Assembly (NCBI GenBank): GCA_008501705.1
Contig: QQUG01000022.1
Coordinates: 922 to 64,921 of the forward strand
Length of the DNA: 64,000 nucleotides
Reading direction: 5' to 3'
Origin: Flavobacterium sp.
Lineage (GTDB): Bacteria > Bacteroidota > Bacteroidia > Flavobacteriales > Flavobacteriaceae
The translations under genes were made by a program, and so were the position numbers. The notes below the pieces were generated by a model. That model was given only the letters and a program-made list of their open reading frames with translations. It did no database searches and was not told where the DNA came from. Every line of letters starts with the position of its first letter. Position 1 is the first letter of the stretch. Shown here one piece after another: positions 44,929-53,305 of this stretch.

Positions 44929-47508
44929 TTAGAAGTTTAATCGTAAGCTTGCATTATACGTTCTTCCAACACCTAAGTAATAACCAAAAGCATCTCTCTG
45001 GTTAATATAAGCTTCGTTGAACAGGTTGTATACGTTACCTCTAAAGGTAAGACGCTGTCCACCTAAAGTAAACTTATAGGTAAGTCCGGCATCGGCTAAA
45101 GTGTAGGCTGGCAAACGTTCTGCCTGGTAGCGCTCACCCATTTGGGCAGCTTCAATTACATCATCGGCACTTACAAAACCATAAAGGTCTGTATAGATGT
45201 TGTAATCTCCGTCTACTGTAAGACCGTCGCATAATTTAACTGATAAGCCAGCACCAAAAGATGTTTGAGGTGCGTTACCTACTTTAGTTCCGGTAAGATC
45301 CAGCATACCATCGGTAACGATAAACTCACTGGTATCATCGTTCTGTCTTGTAAATGGAGTTTCTCCATCAAACTTCCAGTTACCGATAGATCCGTAACCT
45401 CGTAGTCTCCATGCCCCGTAGTTTGGACGGTATTCGAAATCGAATTCCACACCCTGGTGAAGCTGAGTTACATCGGTAAATCTATCGGTATAGAATACAG
45501 AGTTTTTAGGGTCTGAATTGTCTTCACCTCCGGCAGAGATAAATCTATTACCCCATTCGGTACGGTATACATCCACATTCACTCGAAGATTGCTGTTTTC
45601 GAAACGGTAACCTGCTTCCAGTCCCAGGATCTCTTCATTGTCAACTTCAGGCATAGCAAGATCGTTAGAACCACGAACGTCTCTGAAAATGTTATCCAGG
45701 AATGGCTGACGTGAGAACTGACCTGCATTTGCAAAGATCGCATGCTCCTCGGTAATGTTATATGAGGCCCCTCCTTTGATGTTATAACCGGTTTTATTTA
45801 CTTTTTCAGATTTACCGGCATTTGCCACGTCGAAACGCTCTTCTCTCTGGAAAGACTGGGTAGAAAATGCACCCTGAACAAAGATCGAGAACTTATCGGT
45901 AGCGTATTCCACCTGACCAAAACCACCTAAGTAGTTGATGTCTTCAGAGTAGTCGTAATCTATACGATCTCCCTCTTCGGCAGAATCGAATAAGGTACTC
46001 CATGGATCGGCTTCAAATTCGTTCATAAAGATCTGTCCGTTCTCTTCCAATCCGGTAAGCCCAAGCAGGTCGTTTACTTGTCTGAAGTGATCTCCGTGAT
46101 ATAGTCTACCATCGAAACCTGCATTGATGTTCCAGTTTTCACCAGCTTCAAGGTTTAAACTAGAAAGCAGTCCGTACCAGTTGTGGTTGTTCATAGATGA
46201 TCTGCGGATACGTGCATCGCTAAAGGCTCCAACACCGTTAGCATCTGCGATATCCATATTGTTTTGAACGATCTGATCGAAATCGATCTCACCGTTGATA
46301 CCTAATCGAACACGGCTTCCACGTCCGTACATTCCTGTTCCACCACCACGGCCCCAAGAGGCATAGGCTACAGTAGAAAGGTCTGCATTGTCGCTAATGG
46401 TGTAATCCCAGTTAAGGTTTGCAACCGGCTTGTGATAGAAGTTTCTTCTTTCAGTATAGCGTTCTCCTTCTAAGAAACCTGTGTTTCCGTTGTATTTCTC
46501 CCCGTAAAGCTCGTAGGTGTCCAGACTGTTTGAGAAATTCTGGTCGTGCCATTGTGGCGCACCTGTGATAAGGAAGTTAAATGCGTGAGTTTCGTTGGGC
46601 TTATAACCAACAGAGAACAAATAGTTTTGTCCTTGTCCTGCAGTACCAATAGCATATTTTCTATGTGCTTGCCAGTGGTCTACTAATACAGAGAAAGCCC
46701 AACCGCTGTCGCTAAGACCGGTGTTATAGCTCGCCGTTCCTTTGAAGTAACTATCGTTACCTGCCAGGAATCTCACAAATCCGCCTTCACGCTGATCTGT
46801 GGTTTTAGAGATAATGTTAACTGTACCACCAACAGATGAGATAGCAAGTTTTGAGGATCCAAGACCCCTTTGGATCTGGATAGCATTGGCAACATCTGCC
46901 ATACCCGCCCAGTTAGACCAGAACATTCTACCGTCCTCAACACTGTTAATTGGCTGTCCGTTAAGTAGGAAAGCCGTGTTGCTGTCGTTAAAACCACGTA
47001 AGAAGATCTGGCTATCACCGAAACCTCCGGCCTGATTGGCAACATATACAGAAGGTGTATTTTTCATCGCCTCTGTAAATTCTACGTTACCAGCCGCTTT
47101 GGTCGTGATCTCCTGAGCGGTAATAGTAGATACTGCAACAGGTGTTTGTCTGTCGTCTGCGAGGTCAATAACCCCTGTCCCTACAATTACAACCTCACCT
47201 AAAGTAGCAGCATCGGCATCGAGGGAAACAGACCCTAAATTTGCCGAACCATTACTTAAAGTAAAAGAAATAACTCTGGTTACATACCCTAAATAGGATA
47301 TTTCAACTTGTCCCGTGTTTGATGAAACGGACAAAGTAAAGTTCCCGTCGAAGTCGGAAATAGTTCCATTACTGGTACCAACTTCAACAACGCTTGCATT
47401 GGGAAGGGGTCCTCCAAGATCAGCATCTTGTACTGTTCCTGTTACCGTTCCCTGAGAAAATGCAGTTAAACTGCCGAATAAGAAAACTAAAAGTAAAAGT
47501 TTTTTCAT
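44929..47508 (-). CDS. TonB-dependent receptor with a carboxypeptidase-regulatory-like N-terminal domain
   Basis: Signal peptide; GTISDFDGNF; plug DRQTPVAVSTI...GGFGDSQIFLRGF...NGQPIN...WSNWAG; terminal YNASLRLNF. Confidence 0.92.
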   Translation of the reverse strand: MKKLLLLVFLFGSLTAFSQGTVTGTVQDADLGGPLPNASVVEVGTSNGTISDFDGNFTLSVSSNTGQVEISYLGYVTRVISFTLSNGSANLGSVSLDADAATLGEVVIVGTGVIDLADDRQTPVAVSTITAQEITTKAAGNVEFTEAMKNTPSVYVANQAGGFGDSQIFLRGFNDSNTAFLLNGQPINSVEDGRMFWSNWAGMADVANAIQIQRGLGSSKLAISSVGGTVNIISKTTDQREGGFVRFLAGNDSYFKGTASYNTGLSDSGWAFSVLVDHWQAHRKYAIGTAGQGQNYLFSVGYKPNETHAFNFLITGAPQWHDQNFSNSLDTYELYGEKYNGNTGFLEGERYTERRNFYHKPVANLNWDYTISDNADLSTVAYASWGRGGGTGMYGRGSRVRLGINGEIDFDQIVQNNMDIADANGVGAFSDARIRRSSMNNHNWYGLLSSLNLEAGENWNINAGFDGRLYHGDHFRQVNDLLGLTGLEENGQIFMNEFEADPWSTLFDSAEEGDRIDYDYSEDINYLGGFGQVEYATDKFSIFVQGAFSTQSFQREERFDVANAGKSEKVNKTGYNIKGGASYNITEEHAIFANAGQFSRQPFLDNIFRDVRGSNDLAMPEVDNEEILGLEAGYRFENSNLRVNVDVYRTEWGNRFISAGGEDNSDPKNSVFYTDRFTDVTQLHQGVEFDFEYRPNYGAWRLRGYGSIGNWKFDGETPFTRQNDDTSEFIVTDGMLDLTGTKVGNAPQTSFGAGLSVKLCDGLTVDGDYNIYTDLYGFVSADDVIEAAQMGERYQAERLPAYTLADAGLTYKFTLGGQRLTFRGNVYNLFNEAYINQRDAFGYYLGVGRTYNASLRLNF

Positions 47509-47538
47509 TGTTTAATGTTTAGTTTATGAATATTGGCG

Positions 47539-47546
47539 CAAAATTA
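47539..47546 (-). promoter_or_regulatory. -7 element (TAATTTTG) for the TonB receptor gene
   Basis: CAAAATTA on the plus strand, 30 nt upstream of the start. Confidence 0.5.
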
Positions 47547-47692
47547 CTTCCAATAATTTTCATATAATAATTTTTGGATTAAGAAAATATTAAGAAATAC
47601 ACGCCGATTAAATGTAAGATTTAATGAGTAACATTCTGAAAATCGGCACTTTAATTAATAACAGGGTTATCAACAGCGAAAAAAAAGAAAAT

Positions 47693-48913
47693 TTAAAAAG
47701 TGATACAGTCCAGATTTTCCTTCAAAGGAGCAATAAATTGGAAGTATTCCGGCTGTAGCTGTTCCGAAAGAGGTTTGGATGCGGGAAGATCCTCTTTAAA
47801 CGGATCCACCTGTCTGCCATTCTTCCAAAATCGATAACAAACATGCGGCCCTCCGGTATTTCCGGTCATACCTACCCATCCAATCACATCGCCTTGACGA
47901 ACGAAGTCGCCTACCTTCACATTTCTGCTTTTCATATGCAGATACTGGGTAGAATAGGTGCTATTATGTTTAATTTTTACATAATTACCATTTCCTCCCC
48001 GGCGTTCAGATTTGGTCACTGTGCCATCGGCGGTGGCTAATATAGGGGTGCCGATATTGGCTGCAAAATCGGTTCCTTTATGAGGCCTTAATTTATAGCC
48101 ATAGTACTTTATCCTGCGTTTTAAATTATACCGGGATGAGATCCTGCTGAATTTTACCGGCGCTTTCAGGAATGCCCTTCTCAGGTTTTCGGCATTCTCA
48201 TCGTAAAAATCGGGAATGAAATTCACTGTATCACCCACAAAGCGGAATGCATACAGCTGTTTTCCTTTATGCTCAAAGTAAGCTGCCTTTATTTTATCAA
48301 GTCCGGCAGGAATAGTATCGTTAATGTATTTTTCGGTATAGATCACCTTAAACCTGTCTCCGGGCTGTATGGCGAAAAAGTTGATGGTCCAGGCATAAAT
48401 ATTGGCCAGTCGTTCAGACATGTACGGACTAAGATTATTTTCTTCCATGGTCTGGTACAAGGAACTGCTTATAACCCCCGAGGCCGATTTTTCTACATAA
48501 GATACAGGTTTCCTGCTGTTAAAGGAGGATATCGAATCTCTAAAATCCACCACTGCGTAGTCCACCTTGTTCTTCTCATAAATAAATACCTGAGTAGTAT
48601 TTGTACTGTCTTTGGCGTTTAGCAACACATATGGCTTTCCTACCACCATTTTTCTAACATCGAAGCTATCTTTGAATTTGGTAGCCACTTCAAAGATCTT
48701 ATCCTGGGTAACGCCATTGGCGTCGAGTATGTCGCCAAAAGTATCTCCGGGCCTTATTGTATCCCTAATTACGTTAAAATCGTTCAGGACATAGCCGTAT
48801 TCTTCTATAATTGGTGGCAGCTCTACTTCTGCTACCTCATCTTCTTCTTTTATTTCGGTGCTGCAAGCTACAAATAGCAGTATTACGGGGAGTAAATAGG
48901 TTAATTTCTTCAA
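47693..48913 (-). CDS. M23 family peptidoglycan DD-endopeptidase (MepM-like), lipoprotein
   Basis: Lipobox FVA-C; RPHKGTDFAA (HxxxD), GNGNYVKIKH, YLHM, VGMTGNTGGPHVCY. Confidence 0.85.
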   Translation of the reverse strand: MKKLTYLLPVILLFVACSTEIKEEDEVAEVELPPIIEEYGYVLNDFNVIRDTIRPGDTFGDILDANGVTQDKIFEVATKFKDSFDVRKMVVGKPYVLLNAKDSTNTTQVFIYEKNKVDYAVVDFRDSISSFNSRKPVSYVEKSASGVISSSLYQTMEENNLSPYMSERLANIYAWTINFFAIQPGDRFKVIYTEKYINDTIPAGLDKIKAAYFEHKGKQLYAFRFVGDTVNFIPDFYDENAENLRRAFLKAPVKFSRISSRYNLKRRIKYYGYKLRPHKGTDFAANIGTPILATADGTVTKSERRGGNGNYVKIKHNSTYSTQYLHMKSRNVKVGDFVRQGDVIGWVGMTGNTGGPHVCYRFWKNGRQVDPFKEDLPASKPLSEQLQPEYFQFIAPLKENLDCITF

Positions 48914-48931
48914 GTTAATTCAATTTAGCAA

Positions 48932-49864
48932 CTATACATCATGGCCCCAGTTTTTCAGTTCTTCGGCAGTCCATACCTCGGGGAAGAATATTCTCCGCTG
49001 ATATTTTGGTAGCATATATTTTGCCCAATCACTGCCACCGGTAGCCTCTTCCGGTTCGTTTCCGTGATTGAGATATTTCACTGCCGTATTATAATGTGCC
49101 ATCACCCATTTAATATTAACGGTGCGATCGTAATGTCGCATGGCATTTCTTAGTTTGGGATCTTCTTTTACTGATTCGGGCAGACTTTTAAACTTCGCGT
49201 ACAAATTTATAGTATTATACTCTTTTGTAAATGCGATAAATTCGTTTTTATATTTTTCTTCGAAAGCACTGAGTAGATAACTCTTTTTTCCGGTTTGATA
49301 ATTCTTTCCTGCTGCCTGCCAGTACAAATGTTCCAGCGCATGTTCGTAAGGTGTGTCGCGATCTATTGTATCCCTGAACCTCGCATCGATGAGATTGATA
49401 AGATCGGTTGAGGCAAATTCGATCTTACGGTATTGGGCACTCTGAAATCCACTGGCCGGTGTAAGCGTATTTCTAAATTGCAGGTATTGTTCCACTTCCA
49501 TCCCTTCGGTCATGATCTGGAACGAGGAAGTAAGCATATCGAAATAACGGCTTATTCGCATCAATCTTTCTGAAAAGAACTTTGCTGTGAGCGCCTCGTG
49601 GTGTGCAACCTGGCTAATTTCCCAGAGGATCATTTTAAACAGCAACTCATTGATTTGATGGTACATGATAAATACCATCTCATCCGGCAGGGTAGTTCGT
49701 TGTATCTGAAGATTAAGCAGGGCATCGGTCTGGATGTAGTCCCAGTACGTTATAGGTTCTCCATACAGCAACCCTTCCAGGTGTGTATCGAGATCCTGAT
49801 CGATCGCATCGTATTTCTTTTTTAACTGTTCGAGTAATTTTAAGGTTTCCGGTTGAATTTCCAT
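48932..49864 (-). CDS. kynA: Tryptophan 2,3-dioxygenase
   Basis: YWDYIQTDALL, DEMVFIMYHQINELLF, FRNTLTPASGFQSAQYR and TGGS.W..YM. Confidence 0.9.
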   Translation of the reverse strand: MEIQPETLKLLEQLKKKYDAIDQDLDTHLEGLLYGEPITYWDYIQTDALLNLQIQRTTLPDEMVFIMYHQINELLFKMILWEISQVAHHEALTAKFFSERLMRISRYFDMLTSSFQIMTEGMEVEQYLQFRNTLTPASGFQSAQYRKIEFASTDLINLIDARFRDTIDRDTPYEHALEHLYWQAAGKNYQTGKKSYLLSAFEEKYKNEFIAFTKEYNTINLYAKFKSLPESVKEDPKLRNAMRHYDRTVNIKWVMAHYNTAVKYLNHGNEPEEATGGSDWAKYMLPKYQRRIFFPEVWTAEELKNWGHDV

Positions 49865-49871
49865 CGAGGCA

Positions 49872-50642
49872 TTAATCTACAATAATTTTAAATGAATGTT
49901 TTAATCCTTTAAATTCTGTTAAAGTGGCCTTTAAGGAACCAACTGCCAGATCGGCTTTTATAAGTAACGGGATCTTATTGTTATCATCACTTACCCAAAC
50001 AGTTAGGCTCTCTTTTTCTTTAAACACGCGGCCTGCCTGTACGTAAGGCCTGAAAACCAGACAAGACACTTTGCCAAAGTTAGTTTTTAAGGTTTCCCTA
50101 CCCAAGAATTTCAGCCTGAATTTATAATTCTCCTTGTCGAAGAACATATTCATATCGACTGTTTCTCCCTCCGAGATCTTGGTAACATCAAGATTATTCC
50201 TAAGGTAATAAAATGCCGAAACCATATCCTGGGCATCACTGGGGAAGGAAACAAGCTCCTTGGTTTTATGCTTTTTGTTGTTTACCAGAGCCATTCCCGC
50301 GTTATGATCGAAATCGATCTGAATATCCTTGGTATGCCCTCCTTCATCGATCTTTCTAATAAATCGATACGGTCTGTCGTTGTATTTATCTATATAGGAT
50401 TCGTAATAATCTTCTACATTAAAGAATAATTTAGAGACCCCTGTAGTACGCCCTTCCCCTTTTACGTGATACACACTGCGTCCTTCCAGATACGCATTGT
50501 CAACCTGCAAGGTGGCGTAACCAGCCGTTACGAAACCGTAGTGCACCCGAAACTTAAACCATTCTCCATCCCCATAGGCCTGTTCCTGGGCATTTACAGC
50601 GATGAAAGAAAAAAAGAAAAAAAGCGTAATAAGCCTTTTCAT
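49872..50642 (-). CDS. DUF3108 family exported protein
   Basis: Likely start at ATG 50642 (MKRLITLFFFFSFIAVNA-Q); GEWFKFRVHYGFV.AG and VWVSDDNNKIP.LI. Confidence 0.8.
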   Translation of the reverse strand: MKRLITLFFFFSFIAVNAQEQAYGDGEWFKFRVHYGFVTAGYATLQVDNAYLEGRSVYHVKGEGRTTGVSKLFFNVEDYYESYIDKYNDRPYRFIRKIDEGGHTKDIQIDFDHNAGMALVNNKKHKTKELVSFPSDAQDMVSAFYYLRNNLDVTKISEGETVDMNMFFDKENYKFRLKFLGRETLKTNFGKVSCLVFRPYVQAGRVFKEKESLTVWVSDDNNKIPLLIKADLAVGSLKATLTEFKGLKHSFKIIVD

Positions 50643-50694
50643 AGCATAAGTATTAAGATTTGGTAGCGTTAAATACAACTACTGTTCCAAAGTA

Positions 50695-50724
50695 AAAACT
50701 CCATCATTTAGACGATGGAGTTTT
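50695..50724 (-). terminator. Intrinsic terminator after hppD
   Basis: AAAACTCCATC-atttagac-GATGGAGTTTT hairpin with a minus-strand U-tract. Confidence 0.75.
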
Positions 50725-50738
50725 CAATTAGTTACATC

Positions 50739-51899
50739 TTATAGGGTGCCGCGCGCTGCTTGTTCTCTCTCTATAGATTCAAACAATGCCTTAAAATTTC
50801 CTGCCCCAAATCCTTTTGCGCCCATGCGCTGAATGATCTCAAAGAATAAAGTAGGCCTGTCTTCAAGGGGTTTTGTGAAAATTTGTAATAAATACCCTTC
50901 TTCATCGGCGTCTACAAGGATAGATAATTTCTGAAGCTCTTTAATATCTTCCTTCATCATATCCATATGCGAACCCAACCTGCCGGGAATATCATCGTAG
51001 TACTGCTGTGGTGGTGGAGGTAAAAATTCCACACCCCTGGCTCTAAGTTGCGCTACTGTTTCAATAATATCGTCTGTAGCAAGTGCCAGGTGCTGTACTC
51101 CGGATCCTTCATAAAAATCGAGATATTCCTCAATTTGAGAGCGTTTTATCCCTTCTGCCGGTTCATTGATTGGAAATTTAATGCGTCCATTACCATTACT
51201 CATCACCTTACTCATAAGGGCCGAATACTCGGTATGGATCTGCTTGTCATCAAAGGAAAGGAAATTAACAAATCCCATCACTTCCTCGTACCATTTTACC
51301 CAGGTGTTCATCTGTCCCCAGCCCACATTACCTACCATATGGTCTATATATTTCAATCCGGTAGGTGTGGGCTTATAATCTGTTTCCCATTTTACATATC
51401 CGGGTAAGAACACACCGTTATAGTTCTTTCGTTCTACAAACATATGTACGGTCTCCCCGTAGGTATAGATCCCGGACCGCACCACTTCTCCATCCTCATC
51501 CTTTTCTACCTTTGGCTCCATGTAAGACTTAGCGCCTCTGCTTGTTGTCTCTTCCCATGCTTTACGAGCATCATCAACCCACAAGGCGATCACTTTTACA
51601 CCATCACCATGCTTTACGATATGATCGTTTAGCGGGGATTTACTGTTCAGGGGAGTGGAAAGTACTATTCGGATCTTGTCCTGTTTCAGCACGTAACTCA
51701 CCACGTCTTTCGATCCGGTTTCAAGGCCTTTATAGGCATAATCCTGAAAACCAAAGGCGGTTTTATAGAAATGTGCAGATTGTTTTGCGTTCCCTACATA
51801 GAATTCTACATAGTCTGTTCCCAGTAAGGGTAAAAAGTCCTGGGCTCCGTCAAATATCTTTTCAAGTCCGTAGTCTACGGATTTTACTTCTTTACTCAT
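50739..51899 (-). CDS. hppD: 4-hydroxyphenylpyruvate dioxygenase
   Basis: IDHMVGNV, KFPINEP, SQIEEYL, GVQHLAL, LLQIFT and FFEIIQR.GA.GFGAGNF.ALF. Confidence 0.97.
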   Translation of the reverse strand: MSKEVKSVDYGLEKIFDGAQDFLPLLGTDYVEFYVGNAKQSAHFYKTAFGFQDYAYKGLETGSKDVVSYVLKQDKIRIVLSTPLNSKSPLNDHIVKHGDGVKVIALWVDDARKAWEETTSRGAKSYMEPKVEKDEDGEVVRSGIYTYGETVHMFVERKNYNGVFLPGYVKWETDYKPTPTGLKYIDHMVGNVGWGQMNTWVKWYEEVMGFVNFLSFDDKQIHTEYSALMSKVMSNGNGRIKFPINEPAEGIKRSQIEEYLDFYEGSGVQHLALATDDIIETVAQLRARGVEFLPPPPQQYYDDIPGRLGSHMDMMKEDIKELQKLSILVDADEEGYLLQIFTKPLEDRPTLFFEIIQRMGAKGFGAGNFKALFESIEREQAARGTL

Positions 51900-51986
51900 G
51901 GTATTTTATCTTTTTTGCCTTCGGCGAATTTTCTCTTCTGAATAGTCAAGAATTTAAGCGCAATTTAAGGCACATTATTGTTTAAA

Positions 51987-53144
51987 TCATTCCAGCCACG
52001 ACTGATAATATTTGTCGTCGGCAATTTTTAATGCTTCTTCGGTTACTTTCAATGGTTTGAACGTATCTACCATTACGGCCAGTTCGTCTGTCTTTACCTG
52101 CCCTATACTTCGTTCGGTAGCCCCCGGATGTGGTCCGTGAGGAATCCCCGCTGGGTGCAGCGATATATGCCCGGCGTCTATGTCGTTCCTACTCATAAAA
52201 TCCCCGTCTACGTAGTAGAGCACCTCATCACTGTCAATATTACTGTGATTGTAAGGTGCAGGGATACTATCCGGGTGATAATCATAAATTCGCGGCACGA
52301 AACTACATACTACAAACGCATCGGTTTCGAAGGTTTGATGGACCGGAGGAGGTTGATGAATTCGTCCGGTAATTGGCTCGAAATCGTGAATTGAGAACGC
52401 GTATGGGTAATTATACCCATCGTAACCAACCACATCGAAAGGATGGGTAGCATATACCATCTCTATGATCTCGTCCTGTTTTTTCACCTTCATCAAAAAT
52501 TCTCCTTTCTCATTGAAAGTCTCCAGTTTTTCCGGCTTTCTAATATCACGTTCACAAAAAGGTGAATGTTCCAGTAGCTGCCCAAACCAATTTCGGTATC
52601 GCTTTGGTGTATAAATGGGGCGATACGACTCTACTATAAAAAGTCGATTATCCTCTGTATCGAAGTCGATCTGATAGATCATACCCCGCGGTACCAGTAA
52701 ATAATCACCATAACTGAACTCTAGGTTTCCCATAAAAGTTCTAAGCGTTCCACTTCCTTTATGAATAAAGATTAGCTCGTCTGCATCTGTATTCTTGTAA
52801 AAATATGCTCTTAATGACTCTTTGGGGGCAGCAAGAATGATATTGCAATCGCTATTTGTAAGTACCACCTTTCTGCTTTCCAGATAATCATTTTCCGGTT
52901 TCACATGAAAACCCCTGAAACGGTAGGATTGTAAGTTGTTCGCCTTGGCAATCTTTGGCGCTACGCTGTACTGGTCTTTTATCTTAACCACCTGTGTAGG
53001 GCGGTGTTCATGATACAAATTACTGTACATCCCATCAAAGCCAATTGTTCCGAACAGCTGCTCGGAGTAAAGACTTCCATCCGCCTTCCGGAACTGGGTA
53101 TGGCGTTTAGGAGGTATTTTTCCTAATTTATGATATAGTGGCAT
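51987..53144 (-). CDS. hmgA: Homogentisate 1,2-dioxygenase
   Basis: YFYKNTDADE, HPFDVVGYDG, HQPPPVHQTF, PYNHSNIDSDE and SLHPAGIPHGP; adjacent to hppD. Confidence 0.93.
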   Translation of the reverse strand: MPLYHKLGKIPPKRHTQFRKADGSLYSEQLFGTIGFDGMYSNLYHEHRPTQVVKIKDQYSVAPKIAKANNLQSYRFRGFHVKPENDYLESRKVVLTNSDCNIILAAPKESLRAYFYKNTDADELIFIHKGSGTLRTFMGNLEFSYGDYLLVPRGMIYQIDFDTEDNRLFIVESYRPIYTPKRYRNWFGQLLEHSPFCERDIRKPEKLETFNEKGEFLMKVKKQDEIIEMVYATHPFDVVGYDGYNYPYAFSIHDFEPITGRIHQPPPVHQTFETDAFVVCSFVPRIYDYHPDSIPAPYNHSNIDSDEVLYYVDGDFMSRNDIDAGHISLHPAGIPHGPHPGATERSIGQVKTDELAVMVDTFKPLKVTEEALKIADDKYYQSWLE

Positions 53145-53305
53145 TATTAAATATATTACGTTAATACTAACTTAAGGGCAATAAAAACGCATTATTCGGG
53201 ATTTCTCTTAAGGAGAAATTTCAAGTCGAGGAGTAAATATTTCCAAGCCTTTTCGGTCATACCACAAATATCGGAAATTTTTGATGCAAAAAAGACAATA
53301 AAACA

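Noticed and set aside
40236-47508. Classical SusC/SusD polysaccharide utilisation locus
   Set aside because: No susD, no glycoside hydrolases, and the receptors lack SusC signature motifs.
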